From the NCBI GenBank assembly GCA_039592335.1, contig JBDHBX010000003.1, positions 131,056 through 195,055 on the forward strand: a stretch of 64,000 nucleotides of DNA. The letters run 5' to 3'. A program made the translations under genes and the position numbers. Below are positions 27,120 through 36,318 of the stretch, one piece after another. Source of the stretch: Gemmatimonadota bacterium. GTDB taxonomy: Bacteria; Gemmatimonadota; Gemmatimonadetes; Gemmatimonadales; GWC2-71-9. The notes under the pieces are model-generated. The model had not been told where the DNA came from and ran no database searches. It saw nothing but the letters and a program-made list of their open reading frames with translations. Position 1 is the first letter of the stretch, and the number at the start of each line of letters is the position of its first letter.

Positions 27120-27986
27120 TTACCGCCGGGTCGGTCCCTCCCTGGTCCAGACAATGATCACGGCGCAGGGCGGTTGACCAGAGGCGCCGGTCCGCATGAA
27201 CTCGTGCGGGATCTCGGTGCGGCGGCGGTAGACCTCGATCCCCTCGATCTCGGTGGGGCGGTAGGAGTCGAGAGAGCTGGGATTGAAGCTGCCGCTTTCG
27301 AGGTCTGAGGAAGAGAGGCGGCCGTTTACGTAGAAGTGCACCGGACACGCGGCAGGCACGCCGTCCCTCAGGGTCAGGGGAGTCTCGGCCGAGCGGATAC
27401 TCGTCTCCCAGTTGCCTCCCTGCCGCGTGACCTCGATGCCGGGTACTGCCATGAGGAGATCGCTGGTGGCAGCCGGCCTAATCCGCTGGACGTCCTCCCG
27501 CGTGACAAAATACCCGTGGCCACGGGCCACCCTCCGGTAGAAACCCTGCAGGCCCGCCGTGCGCATCACAGGCTGCGCCTCACCCTCCACCACCACCTCC
27601 GGCAGCACTACGCTGACCGCAGCGAGGCCGACTGCGAACTCCTCGACGGCGCCTTCAGCGAGGGTGGCCTCGAGCGTGGCCCCAGCGTACCCCACCGTCC
27701 GCACGTGCACCACGTAGCGACCGGCCGACAACCCGGGAAACTCGAAGTGTCCCTCCGAACTCGTGGACGCGGACAGGGCCGTCCCGAGGAGCGTCACCTG
27801 TACTCCGGCCAAGGGCAGCCCCGTCGCCGAATCCGTGACGGTGCCGACGATGCGGGCCGTCGGCTCCTGGGCGGCGGCGAGTCCGGCAGCGAGCACGAGG
27901 GGGAACAGCAGAAACGCCACACGCCGAAGCGCGGGGTTTCGTGCCCTTCGCTCGCCGATTCGGGACCCGGAAGATGTCAATGACAT
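27120..27986 (-). CDS. Secreted CarboxypepD_reg-like domain plus TonB-receptor plug-like domain protein (no beta-barrel)
   Basis: Signal peptide. RIVGTVTDSATGLPLAGVQVTL...GRYVVHVRTVGY (CarboxypepD_reg). Plug-like DLLMAVPGIEV and IEGIEVYRRRTEIP. Ends CAVIIVWT. Paralog of 29983-31044. Confidence 0.65.
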   Translation of the reverse strand: MSLTSSGSRIGERRARNPALRRVAFLLFPLVLAAGLAAAQEPTARIVGTVTDSATGLPLAGVQVTLLGTALSASTSSEGHFEFPGLSAGRYVVHVRTVGYAGATLEATLAEGAVEEFAVGLAAVSVVLPEVVVEGEAQPVMRTAGLQGFYRRVARGHGYFVTREDVQRIRPAATSDLLMAVPGIEVTRQGGNWETSIRSAETPLTLRDGVPAACPVHFYVNGRLSSSDLESGSFNPSSLDSYRPTEIEGIEVYRRRTEIPHEFMRTGASGQPPCAVIIVWTREGPTRR

Positions 27987-28171
27987 GGCGTGACCCACCC
28001 CGTATGAAACGTGGCAGCACACCCCTGGGTTGCTCAACCAGGCAGCATTTGAATGATACACCCCCCAGGCCCGCGGTGCCCCCCCTGACCCCGCTCCCAG
28101 CAGTGGAACTGGCTGCCCGCACGGGGTAGACTACATGTTGATACACCACACGTCCCGACAAGGATACGATC

Positions 28172-29860
28172 ATGCGCGGCGCCAGCACTGCCCTCGCGAC
28201 CGCATTGCTCTTGGCCGTTCACAGCACCCCCGTGACCGCGCAGGTCGTCCAGGGACGCCTGACGGGAGCCGGGACGGAGCGACCAGTGCCGGGGGCCCTG
28301 GTAGGCCTCATCGACGGACCTGGCAGGCGGCACGGAGTCGAGCTCAGCGACGCCCATGGCCGATTCGTGCTCCGGGCGCCCCAGCCAGGCATCTACCGGC
28401 TGGAAGTACGACGCGTCGGGTATCAGACAGAGGTCTCACCGTCGCTCCATCTCTTCCAAGGCGACACGCTGCGCTACACCATGGACGTGGCCGCGGAGAC
28501 GATCCAGCTGACGGCCGTCGTTGTGGAGGAAGAAAAGCGGTGCAGTCTCCTTCCCGAGCTCGGCCGCGAGACGGCCGCCACCTGGGAGGAGGCGCGCAAG
28601 GCCCTCGATATCACGGCGTGGACCGAGGCGCGTGCCGCACTGCGCTTCCACATGGTCCAGTGGGAACGAGAGCTCGACCCCGGGGACCTCGCGATCCGGT
28701 CGCAGCGGGAGTACGAGAACGTCAGCGTGGCTCGGCAGCCGTTTCGCTCCCTCCCCGCTGGGGAGCTGTCCGCAGGCGGCTACGTGCAGCCGGCGGGCAC
28801 GAACCTGAGCTACTATGCTCCCGACGCCGAGGTGCTGCTCTCGGACACGTTCCTCGAGGACCACTGCTTCCGCCTCGAGGCCGGGGACGAGGATCACGCG
28901 GAGTTGGTGGGGCTGTTCTTCGAGCCGGTGAGCGACCGTGAGCTCCCCGACGTCAGCGGCGTCCTGTGGCTGGACCGCGGCACGGCCGAGCTGCGTCACC
29001 TAGAGTTCCGCTACGCCAATCTCGACTACGACGTGTCGCCGCGAGCCGCGGGCGGCCACGTCGCGTTCGAGCGGCTGCGCACCGGTGCCTGGATCGTACG
29101 GCGCTGGTGGATTCGCATGCCGGTCATTCAGATCGAGCGCCGCCGCAGGAGCAGCATTGGCGGCGCGGGGACGCGCGACTTCTACTCCGTGGTCTCGATC
29201 CAGGAGGAAGGTGGCGAAGTGACCGCCACCTTCAGCCGGCGCGGGGAGCAGCTCGACGGCCAGCTCACCACGACCTTGCTCGGGGCCGTGTTCGACAGCA
29301 CGGCGTGGCAGCCACTCGCGGGAGCCTCGATACGATTGCGCGGCACCGATCTCGGCGCCCTTACCGATCGACGAGGGGCATTCCGCATCTACGACGTGCC
29401 CGAAGGTCGCTACGTGGTGGAGTTCACCCACCCCCAGCTCGAGGCCTGGAATCTCCCCCTCCCCTCCGAGGAAATCGTCCTCAGGAAGGGCTACGCTACG
29501 TCGGTGACCCTGTCGGTTCCCTCCGTCGCCGCCGTTGCCACAAGCCTGTGCCCGTCCCACCTCTATCGGTCCAGCGACGGCCTCGTCGTCGGGTTCGTGG
29601 CGGACAGCAGCAGCGGAGTCCACCTCCCCGACGCAACCGTGTTCTTCGAATGGACCCAGCCTGGCGCCCGGCCTGATGCGCCGCGGGCACACATGGAGGC
29701 GAAGACCGACGCGCAGGGGTCCTACCGGGCCTGCGGCCTCCCGCCCGACATCGCGATCACGGTGTGGGCCACGGTGCTCGACCGCTGGGCCGAGCCGGCG
29801 ATCCTCCGATTGCAGCAGGGCGCGATCGCCCAGCAAGATCTGCTGGTGGACCTGCGGTAG
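28172..29860 (+). CDS. Secreted protein with multiple CarboxypepD_reg-like domains (hypothetical)
   Basis: Signal peptide ending VTAQ. N-terminal VQGRLTG..PVPGALVGL..GRFVL..GIYRLEVRRVGY, plus two further similar Ig-like segments near the C-terminus. Confidence 0.6.
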   Translation: MRGASTALATALLLAVHSTPVTAQVVQGRLTGAGTERPVPGALVGLIDGPGRRHGVELSDAHGRFVLRAPQPGIYRLEVRRVGYQTEVSPSLHLFQGDTLRYTMDVAAETIQLTAVVVEEEKRCSLLPELGRETAATWEEARKALDITAWTEARAALRFHMVQWERELDPGDLAIRSQREYENVSVARQPFRSLPAGELSAGGYVQPAGTNLSYYAPDAEVLLSDTFLEDHCFRLEAGDEDHAELVGLFFEPVSDRELPDVSGVLWLDRGTAELRHLEFRYANLDYDVSPRAAGGHVAFERLRTGAWIVRRWWIRMPVIQIERRRRSSIGGAGTRDFYSVVSIQEEGGEVTATFSRRGEQLDGQLTTTLLGAVFDSTAWQPLAGASIRLRGTDLGALTDRRGAFRIYDVPEGRYVVEFTHPQLEAWNLPLPSEEIVLRKGYATSVTLSVPSVAAVATSLCPSHLYRSSDGLVVGFVADSSSGVHLPDATVFFEWTQPGARPDAPRAHMEAKTDAQGSYRACGLPPDIAITVWATVLDRWAEPAILRLQQGAIAQQDLLVDLR

Positions 29861-29919
29861 CGTAGCGAACGGGTGCGCCACCTCACGCCGCATGGCGGAG
29901 GCTCACGTGCTGTGAAAAG

Positions 29920-29947
29920 AAACGGGCCGGTGATCACCGGCCCGTTT
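29920..29947. terminator. Bidirectional intrinsic terminator (perfect 28-nt palindrome) between convergent genes
   Basis: AAACGGGCCGGTGATCACCGGCCCGTTT. An A-run lies on one side and a T-run on the other. Confidence 0.75.
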
Positions 29948-29982
29948 GGCTTGGGCACCTAGACGCCGCGCTGCCCGCTTGG

Positions 29983-31044
29983 CTAGCCCGTCCAGATCAG
30001 GATGGCGCCGCAGCCCGTCCCGAACAGCATCTCGCCGCCCCCGGTGCCCGCGCGGTTGAACTCAAGAGGGATCTCCGACGGCCCGCGGTAGACCTCGATG
30101 CCGAGGATCTCTTCGGGGTGCACCCAGGCATCCAGATCGAGATCCAGCACCACGTCGTCGATGCGGTGCCCGTCGAGGAAGATGACCGGGTTGGCACAGC
30201 GGCCTAGGCCGCGCGCGATCTGCACGCTCACCGCACCGAGGCGGCCACTTGGTCCGACCATTAAACCGGGCACCATCCGCAGAACGTCACTCAGGTACGT
30301 GGCGTTCATCGCCTCGACATCCTGCTTCGTGATGAAGTGGCCGAAGCCACCCCGCAGGCGCCGGTAGAACCCGGCGAGGCGCGGAGAGGCATACACGGTC
30401 CGCTCGCCCAGCACAACGACTTCGGGCAGCAGGATGGGGAGCGACTGAAGGGTGAACTGCTCGAACGCCATCTCCGCCTCTGACTCCACCACCCAGAAGC
30501 GTAGCGACCGGTGGAGGTATCCAATGCGGCTGAACTCCAGCTCATTCGCGCCCCAGAAGACCTCTGTGACACTCGCCCGGAAGGAGCCGTCCTCCCCGGT
30601 CTCGCCCAGGACACCCCCGTTCAGCCAGATGAGGACTCCGTCCACCGGTTCCCCGGACTGCGCGTCGGCGATCGTGCCCCCAAGGGTCAGCTGCGGCGGC
30701 GGGGCCGGCTGGAGGGGAACAGCCCCGACGTCGATCTCTCCGTGCTGGGCCTCGGTGAGATCGAAGCCGAGCGTCTGGGGATGGAACCCGGGCTTCTGGA
30801 GGCTGAGTGTGTGGTGGCCTGCCGGGATCTGCTCGAGGCGGAACTGGCCCGTCGAGTCGGTGCGGCTCGCCGCCTCTAGGTCCAGAAGTCGCACCACCAC
30901 GTCGGGGACCGGCTGGAGTACCGAATCCAGCACCGTGCCGCGGAGCGTCACGCCGAGCTGCTGCGCCTCGCTCCGATGTGGAGTCCCCACGACGACGGCA
31001 ATCGCAAGCAGCAGGATCAATCCAGGCACGCCACGCATCACCAC
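29983..31044 (-). CDS. Secreted protein with two CarboxypepD_reg-like domains plus a TonB-receptor plug-like domain (no barrel)
   Basis: Signal peptide. Two Ig-like repeats. Plug-like DVLRMVPGLMV and ILGIEVYRGPSEIP. Ends CGAILIWTG. The start could be ATG 31038. Confidence 0.65.
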   Translation of the reverse strand: MVMRGVPGLILLLAIAVVVGTPHRSEAQQLGVTLRGTVLDSVLQPVPDVVVRLLDLEAASRTDSTGQFRLEQIPAGHHTLSLQKPGFHPQTLGFDLTEAQHGEIDVGAVPLQPAPPPQLTLGGTIADAQSGEPVDGVLIWLNGGVLGETGEDGSFRASVTEVFWGANELEFSRIGYLHRSLRFWVVESEAEMAFEQFTLQSLPILLPEVVVLGERTVYASPRLAGFYRRLRGGFGHFITKQDVEAMNATYLSDVLRMVPGLMVGPSGRLGAVSVQIARGLGRCANPVIFLDGHRIDDVVLDLDLDAWVHPEEILGIEVYRGPSEIPLEFNRAGTGGGEMLFGTGCGAILIWTG

Positions 31045-31208
31045 ATCACCCCTTTCGCTCTCCTAGAACGGTGGCCGAGCGACCCTCCGGGGTCAAGCGC
31101 GCCCCCTGACACGCGACGGCTATAGCGGCTCCTGACAGTTTTCTGCAAGGCGAGCTCGGGCGACGGAAGACGTCAAGGCCAGCGCCTCGCGTCCATGTCT
31201 CGCGCCGC

Positions 31209-32771
31209 TCAGCTCACAGGCCGATCGAGACTGCGGTACTGCACCGCCTCGGCGACGTGCCGCGACTGGATGTCGCCGTCACCCTCTACGTCGGCGATGG
31301 TGCGGGCGATCTTGAGCACTCGGTGGTAGGCCCGAGCCGAGAGCTTGAGGCGCGCGATCGCGGTCCTGAGCAGGGCGTCGGCCCCCTGGCCGATGCGGCA
31401 GAGCCGCTTCAGGTGCTTGGGAGCCATGTGGGCGTTGGCGAACAGGCCCTCACTCGCCCCGAAGCGCTCGAGTTGGCGGAGGCGCGCCTGGTTCACCCGC
31501 TCCCGCACGGCCGCGCTGGACTCCCCGCTCCGCTCGCACGAGAGCTCCCGGTACGGCACCGCCGGGACCTCGATGTGAAGGTCGATGCGGTCGAGCAGTG
31601 GCCCGGAGACGCGCGACAGGTATCGCTCGACCAGAGGCAGGCCACAGGTACAGGCGCGACTGGGATTGCCGAAATACCCGCAGGGACACGGGTTCATCGC
31701 GGCGGCGAGCATGAATCTGGCGGGATAGCAGAGCGAGGCGGCGGCACGCGAGATGGTCACGAACCCGTCTTCCAGCGGCTGACGCAGCACCTCCAGCACG
31801 TTCCTGCGAAACTCGGGGAGCTCGTCGAGGAAGAGCACGCCACCGTTGGCGAGACTCACCTCACCGGGACGCGGGTGCGCACCTCCACCGATCATTCCCG
31901 CGTCGCTGATGGTGTGGTGCGGCGCCCGAAACGGCCGTAGCGTAACAAGCGCGGCTCCGGGCGACAGCGATCCGGCTACGCTGTGGATCTTCGTGGTTTC
32001 CAGCGCCTCCTCGAGCGTCGCTTCCGGGAGAATCGTCGGCAGCCGGCGGGCGAGCATCGTCTTGCCGGAGCCAGGCGGGCCGATCATGAGCAGGTTGTGC
32101 GCCCCCGCTGCGGCGATCTCCAACGCGCGCTTGGCGTGCTCCTGGCCGCGCACCTCGGCGAGATCGGCCGCGTCATTCGACGCGCTCCCGAACAGCGACC
32201 CCCGTTCCACGGCGGCCCGCGGGAGCGGCTTCCCCTCCCGGAAGTACGCTGCCACCTGCGCGAGCGCCTCGGCCCCCAGCACCTCGATGCCCTCCACCAC
32301 GCCTGCCTCCGCCACGTTCGCCGCGGGCACGATGACGCCTCTCAGCCTCTGCGCCTTCGCGGCCAGCGCAATGGACAGGACGCCGCGCACCGGGCGCAAC
32401 CCACCCTCGAGGGAGAGCTCACCTACGACGACGTACTCCCCGAGGGCGGGCGGCCCGCTCCGCTTCGCTCCACGGCCGTTGGGGTTGAGCTGCCCCGTGG
32501 CCGCGAGGATCCCCAGCGCGATAGGCAGATCGAACGCCGAGCCCTCCTTGCGTACGTCCGCCGGGGCCAAGTTGACGGTGATCCGCTTCAACGGGAATTC
32601 AAACTCCGAGTTCGCCACCGCCGCCCCGACGCGCTCCCGTCCCTCCTTCACCGCCCCATGCGGCAGCCCTACGGTCGTGAACGAGGGCAGACCTTTCGCG
32701 ATGTCGGTCTCGACATCGACCAGATACGCGTCGATGCCGAGCACCGCGGCCGAACGCACGCGGGCGAGCAT
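31209..32771 (-). CDS. comM: YifB/ComM-family Mg-chelatase-like AAA+ ATPase
   Basis: MLARVRSAAVLGIDAY N-terminus, Walker A GPPGSGKTMLA, and LFLDELPEF. ATG 32771. Confidence 0.9.
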   Translation of the reverse strand: MLARVRSAAVLGIDAYLVDVETDIAKGLPSFTTVGLPHGAVKEGRERVGAAVANSEFEFPLKRITVNLAPADVRKEGSAFDLPIALGILAATGQLNPNGRGAKRSGPPALGEYVVVGELSLEGGLRPVRGVLSIALAAKAQRLRGVIVPAANVAEAGVVEGIEVLGAEALAQVAAYFREGKPLPRAAVERGSLFGSASNDAADLAEVRGQEHAKRALEIAAAGAHNLLMIGPPGSGKTMLARRLPTILPEATLEEALETTKIHSVAGSLSPGAALVTLRPFRAPHHTISDAGMIGGGAHPRPGEVSLANGGVLFLDELPEFRRNVLEVLRQPLEDGFVTISRAAASLCYPARFMLAAAMNPCPCGYFGNPSRACTCGLPLVERYLSRVSGPLLDRIDLHIEVPAVPYRELSCERSGESSAAVRERVNQARLRQLERFGASEGLFANAHMAPKHLKRLCRIGQGADALLRTAIARLKLSARAYHRVLKIARTIADVEGDGDIQSRHVAEAVQYRSLDRPVS

Positions 32772-32902
32772 GGGAATCCTCGGGGCCAGGGTGCCCCATG
32801 GTAGAGCGACATGCGGGAATGGCGGGATCGATGCGATGCGGGATGGGATCAGAAAACTGCGACAGCTCCGCTTACGCCGAAGCGGCAGGCTCACAACGCC
32901 AA

Positions 32903-32924
32903 GGGCCCCACATCGGTGGGGCCC
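32903..32924 (-). terminator. Candidate intrinsic terminator after the STAS-ECF-SnoaL operon
   Basis: GGGCCCCAC-atcg-GTGGGGCCC (9-bp stem). On the minus strand it is followed by UUGGCGUUGUG. The U-tract is imperfect. Confidence 0.45.
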
Positions 32925-32985
32925 AGCGGCTTCGCTTCGCTTCTATTGGCCTGCCCGTCGGCAGGCGGTGCGGCGACCTTCCCCG

Positions 32986-33354
32986 CTACATCCGATCCAC
33001 GAACCGCTCACGTACGACCTTGCCGTCGCGCCAGTGGCGTGCCACGACCTGCGTGCCCGCCCGATGTCCGGGGCGCGGACGCCGATTCACGATCCACTCG
33101 GAGACCGACGTGTCGCGGGCGGTCACGCTGCGTACCGGGAACGCCCCGAGGAAGGTCTCCACCCAGCCGAAGAACGCGAGCGCCCGTGCATAATCGGAGC
33201 CGGCGTGGCGACCGCGCAGCCCCCTCCTGGGCTGCATGGCGTCCTCGCTGTAGAACTCCTCGTACGCCTCGAGAAACCGGCCCGCGAGGAGCTTGGCATT
33301 CAGCTCCTCCTCGAGCCTGTGCACGTCGGCGGGCACGGTGCTCAGGAGATGCAT
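32986..33354 (-). CDS. SnoaL/NTF2-like fold protein
   Basis: 122 aa with a pattern like SnoaL_2 proteins (L..F..YEEFYSEDA....; W....G.VV.ERF). Starts 4 nt after the ECF sigma stop. The family call is tentative. Confidence 0.55.
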   Translation of the reverse strand: MHLLSTVPADVHRLEEELNAKLLAGRFLEAYEEFYSEDAMQPRRGLRGRHAGSDYARALAFFGWVETFLGAFPVRSVTARDTSVSEWIVNRRPRPGHRAGTQVVARHWRDGKVVRERFVDRM

Positions 33355-33358
33355 CGTC

Positions 33359-33952
33359 CTACGCCGCCTGGAGGCCGATGTCGGGCTTCACGTAGCCCAT
33401 CTCGATCGCGTAGCCGAACAGCTTCTTCTGGAGGAACTGCCGCGCCCGGTGGATCCGTGACTTCACGGTGCCCAGCGGCGCCCCCGTCTCCCGAGCGATC
33501 ACCGCGTAAGGCAGCCCGTCCATGTCGCTCATCAGGAGCGCCTGCTTGTACTCCGCCGGCAGCTCGTCCATGGCCTGAACGATCTCGTCGTCCACCAACC
33601 CATTGAAGAAGTCACGCTCCGGGTCAGGAGCGTCCCCCCGGTTCAGGATCATGAACGACTCCATGTCCTCCACGCTCATGCGGTCCACCTCGCGCTTGCG
33701 CCGGCGGTACTCGTTGATGAACGAGTTGCGGAGGATCGTGGCCAGCCACGCCCGTACGTTCGAGCCGGCATCGAAGCGGTGCCAGTTGCTGTGCGCCCGC
33801 AGCATCGTCTCCTGCACCAGGTCTTCGGCCATGGCGGGCTCACCGCTCAGGCGCAAGGCAAACCGGTAGAGGAACTCCGAGTGCGGCATCGCCAGGTCCT
33901 CGAAGATCGGCGGTGCGACCGCCATGGGAATCTCCGTGGCAACAGCGGTCAT
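33359..33952 (-). CDS. ECF-type sigma-70 family factor
   Basis: Region 2 LVQETMLRAHSNWHRFD..RAWLATILRN.FINEYRR and region 4 LPAEYKQALLMSDMDGLPYAVIARETGAPLGTVKSRIHRAR. ATG 33952 overlaps the STAS stop (ATGA). Confidence 0.85.
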   Translation of the reverse strand: MTAVATEIPMAVAPPIFEDLAMPHSEFLYRFALRLSGEPAMAEDLVQETMLRAHSNWHRFDAGSNVRAWLATILRNSFINEYRRRKREVDRMSVEDMESFMILNRGDAPDPERDFFNGLVDDEIVQAMDELPAEYKQALLMSDMDGLPYAVIARETGAPLGTVKSRIHRARQFLQKKLFGYAIEMGYVKPDIGLQAA

Positions 33953-34218
33953 AACGGCTCCTTCTGTCCCAGGAGGGCGCCAAGAAAGGGTGCGGCGTGC
34001 ACGACCTCGAACTGATCGCTCGGCAGCTCGCGGAGCATCGCGATGCCGTGCCGGTCGATCGCGGCCACGTCGGCGAAGTCGAGCTGCACCCGGCGCCCAA
34101 CGTCGATCTGCTCGCGGCACTCCTGCTCGAGCAGGCTGACGGCGTCGCCTTGAATTCGCCCCTCCACCTTGAGAGTGATCTGCGGGGGCAGTTCGGCGAG
34201 TCGGGTAATGCGCAGCAC
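33949..34218 (-). CDS. STAS-domain protein (anti-sigma-antagonist-like, lacks phosphorylatable Ser)
   Basis: 89 aa. LKVEGRI.GDAV..L......VQLDFADVAAIDRHGIAMLREL matches STAS topology. GTG start with AAGGA 7 nt upstream. Confidence 0.6.
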   Translation of the reverse strand: MLRITRLAELPPQITLKVEGRIQGDAVSLLEQECREQIDVGRRVQLDFADVAAIDRHGIAMLRELPSDQFEVVHAAPFLGALLGQKEPL

Positions 34219-34255
34219 GCTCCGGTCCTTGGCAGTGGGTTCGCTACTCCTTTAT

Positions 34256-34271
34256 AGCAGACCACGTGCCA
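34256..34271 (-). promoter_or_regulatory. Sigma-54 (-24/-12) promoter upstream of the STAS-ECF-SnoaL operon
   Basis: The minus strand reads TGGCACGTGGTCTGCT (GG-N10-GC, TGGCAC-N5-cTGCt), about 38 nt upstream of the STAS start and directly downstream of a sigma-54 EBP gene. Confidence 0.65.
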
Positions 34272-34333
34272 CACCGAGCCGGACGGTCACGATTCGTCTA
34301 AACAGTTGGAAAAGAAATACTTACAAGACATGA

Positions 34334-34357
34334 CGGCCGGGCAATCGGACCCGGCCG
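34334..34357 (-). terminator. Candidate terminator hairpin after the EBP gene
   Basis: CGGCCGGG-N8-CCCGGCCG. On the minus strand it is followed by UCAUGUCUUGUAAGUAUUUCUUUUCC (U-rich, but not immediately adjacent). Confidence 0.4.
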
Positions 34358-34372
34358 CGAACACAGTACTTA

Positions 34373-34400
34373 CGATATTTCGTCAGGCGACGAAATATCG
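34373..34400. promoter_or_regulatory. Perfect AT-rich inverted repeat, candidate enhancer (UAS) for the sigma-54 promoter
   Basis: CGATATTTCGTC-aggc-GACGAAATATCG. Arms are 12 bp. The centre lies about 120 bp upstream of the -24/-12 element. Confidence 0.45.
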
Positions 34401-34416
34401 GTGGCGCACCATCTCA

Positions 34417-36318
34417 TCAGGCGCCGCCGTTACGCACGATCCCCAGCTTCTTCATGCGCGCCTGGAGCGTCGTGGGCTTCATCCCCAGGATGCGGGCGGC
34501 GCCCTTGGGCCCGCTCACCCGCCAGCTGGTGTGCTCCAGCGCGCTCAGGATATGGCGCCGCTGCACCTCGTCCAGCGTCAGGAGCGCACCCTCGGCAGCC
34601 ACCGGTCCCGACTCCCGCAGCCACTCGCCCAGCTCCAGCTCGGTCTCCGGGCTCACGATCACGGCGCGCTCGATCACGTTCTCGAGTTCCCGTACGTTGC
34701 CCGGCCACACATAGCTCTTGAGCGCGTTCATCGCCCGCTGCGGCACGGTCTCGATTGTCTTCCCCATCCGCTTAGCGTACTTCTGCACGAAGTAGTTCAC
34801 CAGGACCGGGATGTCGCCCTTGCGGTTCCTGAGGGCCGGCACAGGGATCGGGTACACCTTGAGCCGGAAGTACAGGTCGGAGCGGAAACGCTGCTCCTCC
34901 ACGGCACGCTCGAGGTCCCGGTTGGTGGCCGCCATCACCCGCACGTCCACGGTGATCGACTTGCTGCCGCCCACGCGCTCGAACTCCCCGTCCTGCAGCA
35001 CTCGCAACAGCTTCACCTGGAGCTCCGCCGGTAGGTCGCCGATCTCGTCGAGGAAGATGCTGCCACCGTCGGCCAACTCGAAGCGCCCCTCCCGGCGCCG
35101 CGTCGCGCCGGTGAAGGCACCCTTTTCGTGCCCGAACAGCTCGCTCTCGATGAGGCCCGCGGAGAGCGCCGCACAGTTCACCTTCACGAGGACGCTGTCC
35201 TTGCGAGTGCTCGCCCCGTGGATCGCGCGCGCGACCAGTTCCTTGCCGGTGCCGGTCTCGCCCGTGATGAGCACGGTGGAGTCGGTCGCCGCCACCCGCT
35301 CGATGTCCCGGAACAGCTTCTTGATGTTGGTCGAGGCACCCACGATCTCCCCGAAGTTGTGCTCCATCTCGATCTCTTCCTGCAGGTACACCTTCTCGAG
35401 ACTGAGCTTGCGGCGCTGCTCCTCGCCCTGAACCCGCTCGGAGATGTCCCGGGCCAGGGCCAGCACCCGCTTCGTGCCCCCCTCCTCCAGCAGGCAGGTG
35501 CGCACCTCCACGGGGAATCGCGTGCCGTCCTTGCGGCGATGCAAGCCGGCGATCGTCGTGGGGCCGGACCGCTCGATCTCCTCCAGGTTGCGGCGCAGCC
35601 GCTCCGGCGAGAAACCCTCCCAGACGTCCCACACGCGCATCCTGCTCAACGCACCGCGGTGGTAGCCGCTGGAAACCACGGCGTGCTGGTTCACCTCCAC
35701 GATGCGGCCGTTCTGCTCGATGACGTAGATCGCGTCGGCGGCCCGCTCGACCAGGCGGCGGAAGCGCTCTTCACTCTCGCGCAGCTTCGCCTCCGCCTCC
35801 TTGCGTTGGGTCACGTCGCGCACCCAGGCGATGACCCGCCGCTCGCCCTCCATGTCCACCGCCGAGGCGGAGATCTCGGCCGCCAGCTTGGTGTGGTCCT
35901 TGGTGACGCAGCTGAGCTCATCAGTCCAGCCCATGCCGTCGCGCAGCACCCGGCGGGTGAAGTCCTGGAGCTGGCCCACCTCGTCGGGATGGATGGCGGA
36001 GACCGGCAGCCTCATGAGCTCCTCGCGCGTGTACCCGAGCAGCTCACAGGCCCGCGGATTGACGTCCAGGATCGCGCCACCCATTGGCTCGATGACGAAC
36101 AGGGCGTCATGCGAGTGCTCGAAGAAGCTGCGCAGGCGCTCCTCGCTCTTGCGCAATGCTTCCTCGGCCCGCTGCAGCACCTGGCGCGCTTCGCGCGACG
36201 CCTCGAACTGCACCTCGAGAACCTCGAGCTCCGAAAGGAGCTGCTCTCGGCTCTTGCGTCCGACCTTGGCCGGCTCGTCCGCGCGGACGGTGAATTCGCC
36301 GGTGTCGCCTGGGCTCAT
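34417..36318 (-). CDS. Sigma-54-dependent transcriptional activator with two PAS domains (PAS-PAS-AAA+-HTH), no receiver domain
   Basis: AAA+ [25 protein letters not shown]-terminal HTH ([21 protein letters not shown]). Two PAS-like segments. I prefer ATG 36318; the listed start is TTG 36345. Confidence 0.9.
   Translation of the reverse strand: MSPGDTGEFTVRADEPAKVGRKSREQLLSELEVLEVQFEASREARQVLQRAEEALRKSEERLRSFFEHSHDALFVIEPMGGAILDVNPRACELLGYTREELMRLPVSAIHPDEVGQLQDFTRRVLRDGMGWTDELSCVTKDHTKLAAEISASAVDMEGERRVIAWVRDVTQRKEAEAKLRESEERFRRLVERAADAIYVIEQNGRIVEVNQHAVVSSGYHRGALSRMRVWDVWEGFSPERLRRNLEEIERSGPTTIAGLHRRKDGTRFPVEVRTCLLEEGGTKRVLALARDISERVQGEEQRRKLSLEKVYLQEEIEMEHNFGEIVGASTNIKKLFRDIERVAATDSTVLITGETGTGKELVARAIHGASTRKDSVLVKVNCAALSAGLIESELFGHEKGAFTGATRRREGRFELADGGSIFLDEIGDLPAELQVKLLRVLQDGEFERVGGSKSITVDVRVMAATNRDLERAVEEQRFRSDLYFRLKVYPIPVPALRNRKGDIPVLVNYFVQKYAKRMGKTIETVPQRAMNALKSYVWPGNVRELENVIERAVIVSPETELELGEWLRESGPVAAEGALLTLDEVQRRHILSALEHTSWRVSGPKGAARILGMKPTTLQARMKKLGIVRNGGA

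Noticed and set aside
34306-35034. 242-aa plus-strand ORF beginning in the AT-rich spacer
   Set aside because: Most of it is antisense to the EBP AAA+ domain, the translation is low-complexity, and it starts at a TTG with no SD.
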